From positions 13,702,001-13,766,000 of the forward strand of contig JBHGNT010000006.1 of assembly GCA_043228905.1 (NCBI GenBank): 64,000 bases of DNA, given 5' to 3'. Positions 50,593 through 63,895 of the stretch are shown piece after piece. Position numbers and translations under genes: made by a program. Position 1 is the first letter of the stretch; each line of letters begins with the position of its first letter. The DNA is from Azolla caroliniana. Taxonomy: Eukaryota > Plantae > Polypodiophyta. Below the pieces are notes generated by a model. It had not been told where the DNA came from, searched no databases, and was given only the letters and a program-made list of their open reading frames with translations.

Positions 50593-52314
50593 TTTCGTGC
50601 GTGTGTGTTACTTGGGCGGGACCACGGGGGTCTTGGACTAGGGAGTACTCAATGGATAAATAAATAATTATTTATTTATTTTAAATCTTATAAATATAAA
50701 GCACTCTTTGAACCCACTCTACGAGTCCTCTCTACGAATCCTCTTTACGAATCCTCACTCTATGAATCCTCACTCTACGAATCCTCACTCTACAAATCCT
50801 CTCTATGGATCCTCTCTATGAATCCACTCTACGAATCCTCTCTTCAAACCCACTCTACGAACTCTCTCTACGAACCCTCTCTACAAACCCACTCTATGAA
50901 TCCTCTCTTCGAACCCACTCTACGAACTCTCTCTACGAACCCACTCTACGAATCCTCTCTTTGAACCCACTCTATGAACCCACTCTACGAACTCTCTCTA
51001 TGAATCCTCTCTACGAACCCACTCTATGAATCCTCTCTTCGAACCCACTCTACGAACTCTCTCTACGAACCCACTCTACGAATCCTCTCTTCGAACCCAC
51101 TCTACGAACTCTCTCTACGAACTCTCTCTACGAATCCTCTCTGAGCAAGGGCTCGTTGCCCTTTGTTTTGTGAGATCGGTGGCTTTCGTTGATCACGACT
51201 CGTCAACGTCTTTATGAGGAGGAGAGGTGCATGGGCACGCCTGAAACGCTCCCTCGTCACAAGACAGCCGAACATACAAGGAAGACACAGAAAAAGAAAG
51301 AAAGAAAGAAGAAGGAAACACGAATGATATTGGCCAAAGAAACAAATACGTGTTCGATTCCAACGCTAGAGGACCCTTTATAAAATAGGGTTTGATTACA
51401 ATGGCAACTTCTAGTCAACCACAAGCTCAATCAAAACATAAATACTAAATGCCCTTAGAGACAAGAGGAAAACCGAACATGACGAAGATGAACACACGAG
51501 CACCACCAAAATGCCAACCCCAACGAACCACGACCACCCGAACGGCGAGCACGCGGGCTCGCAACGATGAACAGGGCACACAACGTCGAACCAACGAAGC
51601 TTGGGCTCACGAGCACTTCGAGTGCCAACGCAAAGAAGACGAGCACGTGGCGATGAGGGGATGAAGGGGTATTAAGAGATGAAGAGAAGTGGTGAAGAAG
51701 AAGATTAAGAGCTCTGAAGGAAAAATGGTGATAGTCTCCTCCTCCCAAAAACATCCTTCCCCCAAAATGAGCCCCCCTCGACCTCCTTTTATAGGAAAAA
51801 AAGGAAGGGGGGTCGCCAATTTCATCTTTAATACAAAAAGGAATAAAATTCCTTAAATCGCGTTGCACTATAAGACTAGATTTGAACCATGCACCTCTAG
51901 TTAAAAGTCAATGTGACTATCCACTAGCCCATTAACTTTGCTTTATATAATATATAATTCTATCTCTACAAATTCATAGCCTATCTCCCCTCTACCTTTT
52001 ATCTCTCATCTCTCTTACTCTTTTTTACATGAGCTTCTATACATCCTTTCCACCCTTTCTTTTCCCTTTTAATTTGCATATGCACAATTAATCGCCTTTG
52101 TGTGCACACACATTGCACATGCACATTTTGACCCCCCCCTTTACTTTTCCTTCTTACATTTGTCTATTTTCTCCTATGTTACAATTTTCCTAAGTATATG
52201 TGCAATTTTGCACATCTCGCTTTATTCGTTCCTCTCGGGTTTTCTCACCATGGCCGAAAATCCTCACGACAATGCTTCCAAAATTTGTAGCGAAAATCAG
52301 AACGGGGCACGACA
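50593..52314 (-). mobile_element. 1.72-kb solo LTR of a different gypsy family
   Basis: Minus strand starts TGTCGTGCCCCG (52314) and ends GCACGAAA (one mismatch to the inverted terminus). TATA-like CTATAAAAGG at about 51790. Interrupts the element A gag. Confidence 0.65.
50710..51142. repeat. 14-bp minisatellite, about 30 units of CTCTACGAA(C/T)CC(A/T)-type
   Basis: Directly visible variants GAACCCACTCTAC, GAATCCTCTCTTC and GAACTCTCTCTAC. Confidence 0.95.
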
Positions 52315-53455
52315 GAGGACGAGGCTCAGGAGACATTTCTAGTAGCCTTACGGTGACCTATACGGATGACGCTCAACAACAATAGCGTGAAAGGAGAAAC
52401 AACCGATATGGTCATAGAGCGAGTGTTATAGCTCGAGCTGGACGAAGAAGAGGAAAGGTTTTCCATGTCCTCATTACGACAAGCGTTACCTCAAGATGAG
52501 GAACAACATTTTTGCCAGGCAATCCAATGCACGATTTGCCTCAAATCTGGGCATTCCGCAGAGGAATGCAACATACGAATCCACTGCCCAATCTGTCACT
52601 CGAAAGCACACATGGTCGAGCAGTGTGAGTACAATATGCTGAACAGACCCGCGCCCACAGTACGAAGCGTAGAAACACAGTGACCACCTCGCCGTAATGA
52701 TCAAAGGCGCCAAGAAGAACGACCCTGGTATACAGATCGGAATCCACGCGATGATCGACACTACTGGAATCGCCAGAATAACAACAATTCCGAGGAAGAA
52801 GAGCCGGAGGACGAAGACTACTGGGGCAACCACAAATATAATAAAGGAGGACGTCGTTACGAAAACTACTGTTCGGCGAACAAACGTGGTGGCTTCAATG
52901 GGCCTCGTGGGAAACATAGACAGTATAGGGACCAACGACGTTACGACGGAAGTTTGGAAGATGACCGACACCAAGAGCCGTGCCTGGACCAATAACAACC
53001 ACCACGGAATTTCAGAAGAATAAACCAAAACTAGGAGGAGCAAGCCACACCTGGGGAAAGGAACATGCCACCGACTGCCGAGAAAGGCGAATCCAACATC
53101 CATTGTTATGCCAATAGGTTCGCGTAGCCACAGAGGAAATGATGACACAACCTAAGGGGATAACACCATTATAAGCGGAAGATATAAATATGTTGGATGG
53201 GGTGGAGGATACAGAGTTGGAAGCATACTTGGATGAGCACCCTCGAATCATTCCACTATTCGAAATCGACGTAATAGAAATTGCGGCGGAGTACGCTACA
53301 CCTACTTTACTTCACGAAGAGGCTTATGAACTAGACCCAGAGTCGATCATGGAATTAAGGAGAGCACAAGCGGCGTTCGAGAAGGAAATGGAAATTTCAC
53401 GACGAGTCATTGCCTCAGCCCTAGAAGAAGTTAACGTAGGCACGACATCAGACTC

Positions 53456-55987
53456 AATGTCTCCTTGTGTGGGCGGACCGAGCTCTTCTAGCTCATCCCA
53501 TTCTATTGTGGCTAGCTCATCCATCTGCAGGCTCTCAATAGGCTGAGGCTCTGTCTGGTTCGTAACTTCCTCAGTGTTGCCGGTCGTAGTTGTCCTCTCC
53601 GGTGAATTGGGCAAAGGTTCCCCCTGTTCGGCGGTCTCACCTTCCGGTATCGTGATGGGCTCCGCTCGTTGTCCCGTGTTGCCTACTGTAGTTGTTATTT
53701 CCGGTGAAATGGGTTGGGGTTCCTCTTGTTCGGTAGTATCACAATCTGGTATCTCGATGGGTTCTGCGCTTGGCTGTGTGCTACCGATTTGCATGATTTG
53801 GTGAAACATATCCTCCTGACTTTCACAGAAATCGTCGAATAGTTGCGCGAGTTCCTCAGAGTGCTGGTCCGCTAGCATGCGATAATCATGTGTTAGGTCC
53901 TCACGTACTGCCGCAATGCCTTCCTCATTGAGTTTGTAGAAACCTCATCCGTCTTTCCTTCGGTTCTCCCAGTCCCCCCGGTAGGTATGCAACTCTGCTG
54001 CTTGTATTGCCCACGCCATCCAGCCTTTGTCTAGCGCCGCTTGTAATTGCGTCCTAAACCTCTCCCAATTTGTTTGAAGAAGTATGCGAACGTTGTCGGT
54101 TATTTCTTGGCAGCGGTTACACGCTTCTTCTAGGGTTTTCTTGAGGTTTTCGATTTCTTGCTTATTGACCGCAACCGCTTCCTCATAATTGCTCTCATTC
54201 CTACCCATATCTGAGATTCCTTCGATTGTAATTCCTCCAGCTTGCCCATTTCATTGTTCAGGCAAATTTCGAGCTAAGGCCTCACCTCATGTTCCCGTAC
54301 GAGTTGCTCGTCGTTCCACGCTTTCTTCTTTTCCAATAACGCCCAGAGTCTTATGATCGTCGTTTCCGACTTTTGCGCTTCCTCCCGTAGTTTAGTGTTT
54401 TCTTCTTTCGTCTGGTTGTGCACCGCTGCCTACGCTTCGAGTTTCTCTTCGAGGGCATGCACTGTCTTTCAGCCTTTGGCCCGGATGTCCTTTTCTTTGT
54501 TGGAGGATTGGCGGAGTTCGGAGCGGAGGCGGTCAATCTCAGATTCCGCCAGTCGCACGGCCCTCTTTGCTTTTGAGGCGATGGTCATCTGCGCTTCAAC
54601 CTCTTCTCTTAGGGACTGGGCCTCGGCGGTGTTGTTTGTTGGTCGAGATTCCTATTGCGCCGTAGTTGCGTTGCGTTCCAACTCCGCGATGCGTTCGTTG
54701 GCCTTTTGTAGCTTAGCTTGGGTCTGTTTAATCGTTTTCCAGACATTTTTGTTTTTAATTGCCATATATTTGGCTCTGATATTAACCTTAGCTAGTTCCC
54801 TATGAACCTCAACGAGGGCCGCGTTTAATGGGGATAGTTCAATTCCCATTCGGCGTATACCGACATTCCGTTGTCTGCCTACTCTGGCTAGCGGCCCCTC
54901 ATCATCGCTTTCTGCCATTTGTGTTAGCGTGCGCTCAATCATTTGTTGTTCCACGTGTTCCTCGGCCATCTGTTGTGAGACTTTTATTTGTTGCGTCGCC
55001 AAAATTTCCATGAGTTCGTAACAGTGTGCCGAACTAATGGGCTATGTCCGGAATGTTCGAATACTTCACGACCTCGCTTTCCGCCATAAACATGCCTTTC
55101 CCCCATTGTGACTGGGCCGTAATGATCGGTCGTGGTTCCCGGATTATTTCAAAAGTGGTGTTGGGCTCCGTAGATGCGGAACTGTTGACCATGACGGTCA
55201 TCTCTGTGGCCGCGATTCTGTCTTTAACTAATCCGCGCCCATCTTTCATGTCCAGCCTACGCCGTTTCAGCCTCAGGCTTTCCTGGCATTGCTCGGCTTC
55301 CTACTCCTATGGAGCTTCCTCCCTGCTCTCCGGCTGTTCTCCCTGTGTTGTCTGCATGCTGGGCTGGGAAGATTGTGGTTCATCCTCCCATTCCTTGGTA
55401 GCCAACTCCGCTAACCTCCGTTTCGCAGAACGTGGCAGCGGCGTGGGTTTGCTGGGCTATGGTGCGGGCAAACCTCAGGGTGGAAATAGTATCATCAGAT
55501 ACTGTTGTATGATTGGCCTTAGATTTTTGCCGCCTTGATACGTGTGCAGGCCTTCCCGTAACGTTGGTTCCGTAATGAACCCCCAATCGACCGCGCGCCC
55601 TTCGAAGGTATCAATGATGATGCTTGCCTTCTTCTTTGGCATCCCATAGGCATTTACATGCACGCATCCTACCTCCAACAAGAATTTGGCTATTTCACGA
55701 AAGAAGGGGTCGGGAATTTCCTTCGTCTTGTATGCTTTGGCGGACACCGAATATGCCCCGAAATATCTCTGCAAGGTTTCCGCAGGAGGGATGTCGAAAT
55801 GTCTTTCTCCAAGCGATGACAGGTCAAGCTTCTTCCGGATGGATATGTTGGTGACCGTGTCTATATTGAATTTCCTGGCAATGTCCAGGGCTTCAGGGTG
55901 AATAGGTGCCTCGGCGACTTTGATGTATCCATCCAGTCGCTTTTCGACGAGCCATCTACGTAAGGCGACAGAAATAGTGATCGGCAT
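53456..55987 (-). pseudogene. Extra 3' ORF (eORF) of element A: globular N-terminus, coiled-coil, acidic tail
   Basis: Same-strand ORF fragments 55475-55987, 55034-55249, 54652-55011, 53945-54208 and 53324-53878 lie downstream of the integrase. Confidence 0.65.
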
Positions 55988-56331
55988 CGTAGGTGGGTGA
56001 GACTCGTGGGTAGTGGGTGAGGTATGCTGGCTATGGCGAATGTGGGCTCTGTGGTATGATGGAGAGGAAGGTGAGTTAGGAGAGCGATGAGAGCGATGAG
56101 GGTTAGAAGATTGGTTTCTGTACTATGCAAAAGACCTTCTATTTTCTTCTTTTTGTGGCCTAGGGTTCATTGGTCTGTGAACCATCGTGGTGCCGCGTGT
56201 TCTTGCTCTAGAAGTTTGTGCATGCATCAAGTCCTTTTAATAGCATCGCTATCTTCTCTTCTTCTTTTTTTCTTTTGTAACGGTTACATACAATATTATG
56301 TTTACATTATAGTACAAGTAGGTCTCTATAA

Positions 56332-59088
56332 TTACTCCGCGGATTCTCCTGCTTTGTCTTGTTCGGCAGGGAACTGGTTAGGTGGCGTAGGCCCCAGGTA
56401 AGGTTTTAAGTGAAACCCATTCACCTTTTGTCGTAGTACTTCTCTGGCCAAGGTGCCAAATTGAAACGTGTCGTTTTCCGCTCCAACTAACCAGTACGGG
56501 CCTGTCCAGCAGAATCTTAATTTTCTTGGCATTTGCCCCATGCATGTTTGAAAAACCAATACCGCTTTCCCGACCGTAAAATCCTTTTCACGCGCATGCT
56601 GAGGTCAGTCCACGAATGCTTTGCGCCACCATTGTTCTTGTTCCAATATGGTCATACTGCGTAACCCTGTTTCGCCTAGTTCTAGCAGTTGTTGTACCCG
56701 TATTCATTCGGATTTGTCCTCTAGCAGCCGGTTTCTTACTTGAATCCGTAGACTGGGTACCTGAAATCCAACTGGCATTACGGCCTCCAGACCAAATGCT
56801 AGCCTGAAAGGCGTGGATTGTATGCTGGTCTTATAGCTCGTTCGGTATGCCCATAACACGCTGTGCAATTTGGTATCCCAATCTGTTCTATTCTCATTTA
56901 CTATCTTTTTGGGGATAGTTTGTAATGTTTTGTTCGTGGATTTGGCCAAGCCATTTGCCGGTGGGTAATACGACATACTCTTTTTGTGGAGCACGGCGTA
57001 GTGTTGGGTCAGTTCGTTGATGACCGTATTCAGAAAGTGACTCCCTTGGTCACTAATGAGCTCAATAGGGCAGCCAAAACGACACCAGATATGTTCATAA
57101 AGGAATTTCGTCGTGATTGCCGCGGTATTTTCGCATAGTGCTTTCGCTTCTACCCACTTGGTGCAGTAATCCGTAGCCACCAGGATATACTTATTGCAGG
57201 TTCGGGCAGCCGCCAGCGTAAAGGGCCCCACAAAATCGAGCCCCCACTTTTAGAAAGGATCCAACGGCAACACCGATTGATGTGGCATTCTTGCGAATTC
57301 TGTGGGCTGGTCCATCCGTTGGCATAAATCGCACTGTTTGCAATATTCATACGCATCCTTTTGCGTAGTCAGCCACACCAGTCCTGCTTGCCAGATTTTC
57401 CAAGCCGTAACATCGCCCGTGTAATGTCCTCCCGACATACCACAATGAGCTTCGCGTAAAACCACTGCCTTCTCATCCTGCCGTATTCCGCACCTCCAGA
57501 TGTCGTCACTGCCTTTGTGATATAGAACGTCTTCGACTAAACAGAAATTACGACTCCGGACGGCCAACCATTTTTTCTCGTCCGTCCTTAATTGTGGTGG
57601 AGGTAACCCCGTGGTCGGAAAGTAGGTCATTTCCTTCCACCACCGATCCAGATAAGTCTTTTCTTTTCTTGTTGCTAAAGTTGCTACTCGCAGAATGTCC
57701 GCATCCGGAAAGTCGTCGTCATCCTTTTTTGCCATTTCTCCATTATCTAATCTGCTCAAGAAATCCGCCACCACGTGTTGCGCACCCAGTCAGTGTTGAA
57801 TTACAAAGTTGAATTCTTGGAGCAATAGCATCCATCTAGCCAATTTCCCTATCAGTGCCTGTTTCTCCACCAGATATAGCAATGTCGTATGATCCATATG
57901 AAACGTGAATTTTCGCCCTAGCAGATAATGCCGGAATTTATTGATGTTGTATATCATACCCAATGCTTCATGTTCCGTTGTGGAATAGTTACGCTCAGCC
58001 GTTGATAGTTTCCGACTGGTGTGGTATAGTGGTCGGTACCAATTCGGTTCCGTGAGCTGCATCAGCACACTACCTATTGCTATATCCGAGGCATCCACAA
58101 AAACGTGAAATGGTTTCGTCCAATCTGGTGGCTATACAATCGGTGCCTGCGTTAGCATTATTTTTAGCACATCATACGCCTTTTCTTCCATTGCTGACCA
58201 TTTGAAAGGAGTACGGTGGACGGCGGCATGCAATGGTGTGGTGAAATCCACCAAATAGCGTATCATCTGACTATGCCATCGTATTTGTCCCAGAAACCCG
58301 ATGAGTGCTTTGGCATTTGTCGGCATCTTTGCGTGAGTAATCGCGGAGATTTTGTTTGGATCTACCACTATCCCCTCTTTACTGACTATGTGGCCGAGGA
58401 GGGCTCCACTAGTGATGCCGAAGGTGCATTTGGTGGGATTCAGACTTAAGCGTGAAGTTCGGCAATGCTCTAGGCAAAGTTGTAGATGCGTAAAATGTTC
58501 TACTGTTGTCCCATACACTGCAAAATCGTCTGAAAAGACCTGCATGAAGGCGGGTATATAGTCCCCAAAAATCTCCGTGATTGTCCGCTGAAATGTAGTC
58601 GATGCCATCTTTAGCCCGAACATCATGACGACCGCGACATAAACTCCCCAATCCGTGAAAAATGTCATTTTCTCTTGGTCATCGAGGTGCATGCATACTA
58701 GATTGTACCCACTGAAGCCATCTAGAAAGTTGTACATGTCATGCCCGGCGACTGCATCTAGTACGTTGTCGGTGAAAGGTAAAGGGAACACGTTTGTAAT
58801 GGTTACAACGTTCAATTTCCGGTAGTCCACGCACACACGTATTTTTCCATTTTACTTTGGTACGACTACTATCGGGCTTAGCCATGTAGCTTGCTTGACT
58901 GGTCGAATGAATCCGGCCTTGAGAAGTTTGTCAATTTCCTCTTTTACATGAGCCGCGTAATTCGGATTCATGCGGTATCGACGCTGCTGGACTGGTTTCG
59001 CATCGGTCGCTAAATTGATCTTATGTTGATAGAACTTCGGATCTAATCCCTTTGTGTCCTTGTGGGACCAAGAGAACACATCTTGGAA
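56332..59088 (-). pseudogene. Gypsy pol (RT-RH-IN) of element A, inverted
   Basis: MCVDYRKLN, FLDGFSGYN, DASDIAIGSVL..NYSTTEHE..LARWMLLLQEF, HHCC zinc finger, DYCTKWVEAKAL..RFGCPIELISDQG, WTGPY. Confidence 0.95.
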
Positions 59089-59802
59089 AGCCCCACCGAG
59101 CCAGTACAAGACATGGAACCGTGCAACAACGCGCCTACGGACGCTATGCCGTCCCCGGAGTAGGACATAGGAGCGGAACCAAACATCCGGGCTATATTGG
59201 AGGAAGAATAAAGGGATGGGTCCGACGTGCCATGGCATTGTCCCACAGGCGTGCCAGGTGTTGTCCGCCGGAATAGTAACCGACGGACAAAAGCGTAGAA
59301 ACATTATAATATAGTAAAGCGTAAGAAACGCATGTAATGGTTCACGCGGGAAGCGTGAACGGCTAAAGGCCCTGTGTATATAAAGGGCAGAAATCCTCTG
59401 TAAGAGGTAGCGTGTAATTTTGGTGCATAGAGAGTTTTCCTAATAGAATACTATCTTCTCTTATTTTTGTGCATATCTGTGGTTGTATCTACTGTGTTCT
59501 TTGTTCTTTGTTGTGTACTGTTAAACGTAAGGGTGTAGGCGTAAGTGCATATACTAGTGCACTTCCTAAAGAGTTCGGTTGTAGCTGTCTCCCTTATACG
59601 CTAGTAGGATACGAGGGAGTATCCCATTATGTATTACGGTACGACGGTACCATTCCTTGTAACACAATCACCTTGAGGTCTACGACGAAGGACTGACCGT
59701 AGACAGTGTTCCTAATCGGTAATAGTTCCTTCTCCGACGTTGTTCGTCCGGCCATGCATCTTGCACCACATTCTCGAAAACACACACATTGTCACTAACC
59801 AT

Positions 59803-62368
59803 TGTTGTCCGTCAGACCTAACACTTAAATGAATAGAATAAATTATTAGAAGCGTTAAAGAAAGGCATGTAACGGTTCACGCTAGGAGCGTAACGGACTA
59901 AAAGACCTGGGTATATAAAGGGCGGAAATCCTTTGTAAAGAGCTAGAGCGTGTATTTTGAGATCGACCTTCTGTAATACAATACAATCTTCTCTTATTCC
60001 CTTGCCTGTGCAAATCGTCTACTGATTTAGTGTAGTACTCTGTTGGTAATTGTAGGCTAGTAAGCGTAGGGTAAGCGTGCATATGAGATCATGCACTGGT
60101 GAGCTTCTGTTGTAGGCATCTCCCTTCACACTCGACAATACGCTTTGCTTTGTAAGACTATTACGATTCACGCACATACGGATCTATTCCTTGCACCACA
60201 ATCACCTTGAAGTCTACCTTGAAGGACTGAGAGTAGACCGTGTTCCTAATCGGCAACACTTTTGGCACACTTGGTGGGACTGTGGTTCAGCACAGACGAG
60301 CAGCAAGGTATGGATGATTAGCCATAGACGAGCCAGAGAACCGACCCGACAAGATCGACCACTAACGAGGTCTATCACTCGCCAGACAGAAGAGCGCACT
60401 AAGCGGAAACCCCGCCTCAACGATCACAACTGCTCCTTCCAGGAGTACACGGTAGACTCAAGCTCATAGAACAACGCGACGTCGACCACGAAGCCTTGTT
60501 GTCACACGACCAAGGGAGTGCGATTAAACGCCACAATAGTCCACATCGTGAAAGCAAGAGTTTTCCCCTGCCAATCGTCAACACAACGTCCAAAATGACT
60601 TTCTCATACCCCCGCTTCAACGGAGAGGCAGACGCCGCTAGCTACACCTGGCTATTCCTCAATGTTTGGAATGCGAATCATATGGCACAATGACGACCTA
60701 CAAACAATCATTGAGGATTCAACGGGGCTCGTCCAAACGGAAACAATCGCCAACATAAGAACCAATGCTGTTATGACGAAAGTTCAGAGGACGACCGGCG
60801 TCAACAGCCACGCCAAGAATACCGTCAACAACCCCGGAATAACAGGCGACTTCAGCATAGCCGGAACGAAAAAGCTGTACCGGCGGAAACTAATACACCT
60901 CTGGTAGTAGAAAGAGGCGAGTCCAATGTACTCTATTTTGTGTGTCAATAGCCCGGTCATTACACGACGCAGTGTCCACGACGGAAAGGAAAGGAGGCAA
61001 CCGTGAATACCATCATGATGATAGAAGTTCAGCAAGTCACGACACGGCAATAGGCGAAGAATGTAGACTGGGCAGAACAAGATGCAATACGCAAGGTAGC
61101 CCAGGTTTGGATAGAAGAAGCAAATGCGGCAAACGCGGAGCGTATGAAGCAGGAGTCCGCAAACGTAAGTTTACCGATGAAAGAAAACACATCATCACCA
61201 AATCCCATATGGCAAGAATTGGTGGACTGTGAGATAACAATGACCATGGAGAAGCTCCTCCTACTGGTGCCACGATTTTGACAGGTCGTGGAAAATCGCA
61301 TAAGGGGCACAACCAGATTAGATGTCTCAGCAAATTTTGTGGAGTCTAGTACCGGCCCAATAGTCATAGATCATCACAATCCAGCCATTAAGTTGGTACT
61401 GCAAGGTCATGAAATCTTGGGATGTATCATTGATGGGGAGTTCGGTGTTAATGTCATCAGTACGAATACATGCTCACAACTAGGAATTACGGGTTGGGAA
61501 ACATGCCCTTTTTGGCTCCGAATGGCGGACACTCGCTCTGTTAGATCCCTAGGGTTAATTCAGAAATTAGGCATTGTTGTTGGCGGCCATCACCTTGACA
61601 TCTTTGCTGTAGTGCTCACACTAGACGCTACGGGATCATACCCTATATTGCTCGGCAGACCTTGGCTACGCTAAGCCAACATCAAAGAGAATTGGCATCA
61701 TAATTGTATCAGCTTTCGGTGAGGCCGAAGCAAAGTTCGCGTGCCCACTCAGGAAACGGCGGCACCAACCAAGGGCATAACACCATTATACGTTGAAGAT
61801 ATACATATGCTAGAAGGAGTAGATGATACAGAGCTTGAGGCGTACCTAGAGGATCACCCGTGTATCGTTCCATTATTCAAAATTGACGTAATAGAAACCG
61901 CTGCGGAATACGTCCCAACTAATACACTTCAGGAAGTTGCATACGAACCAAACCTAGAATCACTAGTGGAGTTAAGTAGAGCATGCACAACGTTTGAGAG
62001 GGAAATTGAAATCTTGTGGCGAGTCACCGCTTCGGCATTAGAAGAAGTCAATATCGGAACCACGATGGAACCTCGACTACTCTTAATTGTGAAGGACTTG
62101 ATCCCAAGTGAGAAGACAACAATGATAGAGTTGCTCAAGGAATATAAAGATGTTTTCGCATGGTCACATGAGGACACACAGGGGTTGGATCCAAAATTTT
62201 ACCAACACAAGATCAACTTGTCCACCGACGCGAAACCGGTGCAGGAGCATCGCTATCGAATGAACCTGAATTACGTGGTTCGCGTAAAAGAAGAAATTGA
62301 CAAACTTCTAAAAGTAGGGTTTATCCGGCCAGTGAAGCAGGCCACGTGGCTGAGCCCGAGAGTTGTGG
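59803..62368 (+). mobile_element. Athila-like gypsy element B fragment (LTR, PBS, deleted gag, protease, start of RT)
   Basis: LTR 59803-60258 (TGTTGTCC...CGGCAACA), PBS TGGCACACTTGGTGGGAC, gag FSYPRFNGE, protease IIDGEFGVNV...ILLGRPWL, and EYKDVFAWS...VKQATWLSP. Confidence 0.9.
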
Positions 62369-62579
62369 TACGAGCTAACACACCATTACGCCGTAGTTCA
62401 TAAGAAGAGCACGCCATATTACCCGCAGGCGAATGGGTTAGCAAAGTCCACGAACAAGACATTACAGACCATAATGAAAAAGATCGTAAATGAGAATAGA
62501 ACAAACTGGGATACCAAGCTGCACAATGCTTTGTAGGCATATCGGACGAGTTACAAAACCAACATACAGAGCAGATTGA

Positions 62580-63895
62580 CAGAGCAGAAATACCCACGGG
62601 GGTATTAGAGTTAAAGTGGAAACGTCTTAACAGAAAGGAGATGGCCACCATCTGACAGTGCGTCAACATAAGCATCCTTCAACATGTGGCGAATGACACA
62701 AATGCCCACGAGATGTGGTAGAAGTTGTTAGCTCTATATGAGAGGAAGAACACCCTTAATAAAATCTCACTGAGGAGAAAGATCGTACGGTTGAAATACA
62801 GAGACAGTGAGAGCATTGTCGAACACATCAACACATTCATGGGGTATGTAAATCAACTTGCTGCAACCAAGTTTCCCCTTGATGATGCTATGCAGGCCAT
62901 CCTGCTGATGTGCACATTGCTGGATAGCCGGGAGAACCTAGTTGTTACTCTCAGCACCTCATGTGAAGAAGAGAACTTGTCTTTACAAGCAGTGAAGACA
63001 AGCATCTTGAATGAGGAAGTGAGAAGGACGGACAAGGGTCTCCTAGTCCACTCGGAGTCAAATTTGACTCAACACATCAGCAGAGGAAGGAACCGGCAAA
63101 AAAGTCCACCAAGGAGAGAAAAGTCTCAAGCTAGATCGAAGTCCAGAGCAAAGCTTGTGTGCTTTTATTGTGGAAAGCCTGGACATTTCCAGAAGGACTA
63201 CCGACACCTTAAAAGGGAAAAGAGTGTTAGTAATAAGGTCGAACCCAGGAAGATTCCTGAAGAAAAGTACACTTTAGCCATTGCTATGAGCAATGAAGAA
63301 CTTTTGTTCATTTCTGAATAGACAAGTGCAAATCTTGCAAGTGAAGAATGCACTCGGGTGATTGACTCCGGTGCATCCTTTTACATAACTCTGTCGAGAG
63401 AGTATTTCTCAACTTACATAGCCGATGATCATGGTTATGTAAAGATGGGTGATAGTCGGGACTGCAAGATAGCAGGAATCGAAAGTGTTTGCTTGACGAC
63501 GTCGATAGGGTGTCGACAAACTCTGAAGGATCCCCGATATCAGATTGAATCTGATATCGATTGGAAGATTGGACGACGAAGGCTACACTGGTAGTTTTTA
63601 GAATGGAAAGTGGAAGTTCATCCGAGGAAATCTTATAGTGGCCTGAGCACAGAAGGAAGGCACATGTATATGATGCAAGCCCGACTGAGCAAGTTGGAAG
63701 TGAATGGGGAAGCCGACTCACTAGGACAGATATGGCATAAGAGGCTAGGCCACATGAGTGAGAAGGGACTACATCTATTGGCCGACCAGAAGCTTCTACC
63801 AAAAGTAAAGGGAGTGCACCTGGACAAGTGTGTCAATTGCTTAGTCGGAAAGCAAAACAGAGCAGCATTCCACACACGGCCACCAAGAAGAAGAG
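62580..63895 (+). mobile_element. Ty1/copia (Tork-like) gag-PR-pre-integrase fragment
   Basis: LYERKNTLNKISL.., CFYCGKPGH, IDSGASF, WHKRLGHMSEKGL..CVNC. Confidence 0.9.

Larger units (their letters stand above)
43702..59724 (+). mobile_element. Athila-like (non-chromovirus) Ty3/gypsy element A with nested insertions and internal inversion
   Basis: 5' LTR 43702-43977 plus 49873-50062 and 3' LTR 59258-59724 (TGTTGTCC...CGGTAA(C/T)A). TSD GTTCT/GTTCC, PBS TGGCACGCTTGGTG (tRNA-Arg-like). Gag at 50280-50592 and 52315-53100. Pol and the extra ORF are inverted at 53456-59088. Confidence 0.85.

Noticed and set aside
50805-51217. Repetitive protein ORFs (MDPLYES..., NPLYEPTLR)
   Set aside because: Translations of the 14-bp minisatellite.
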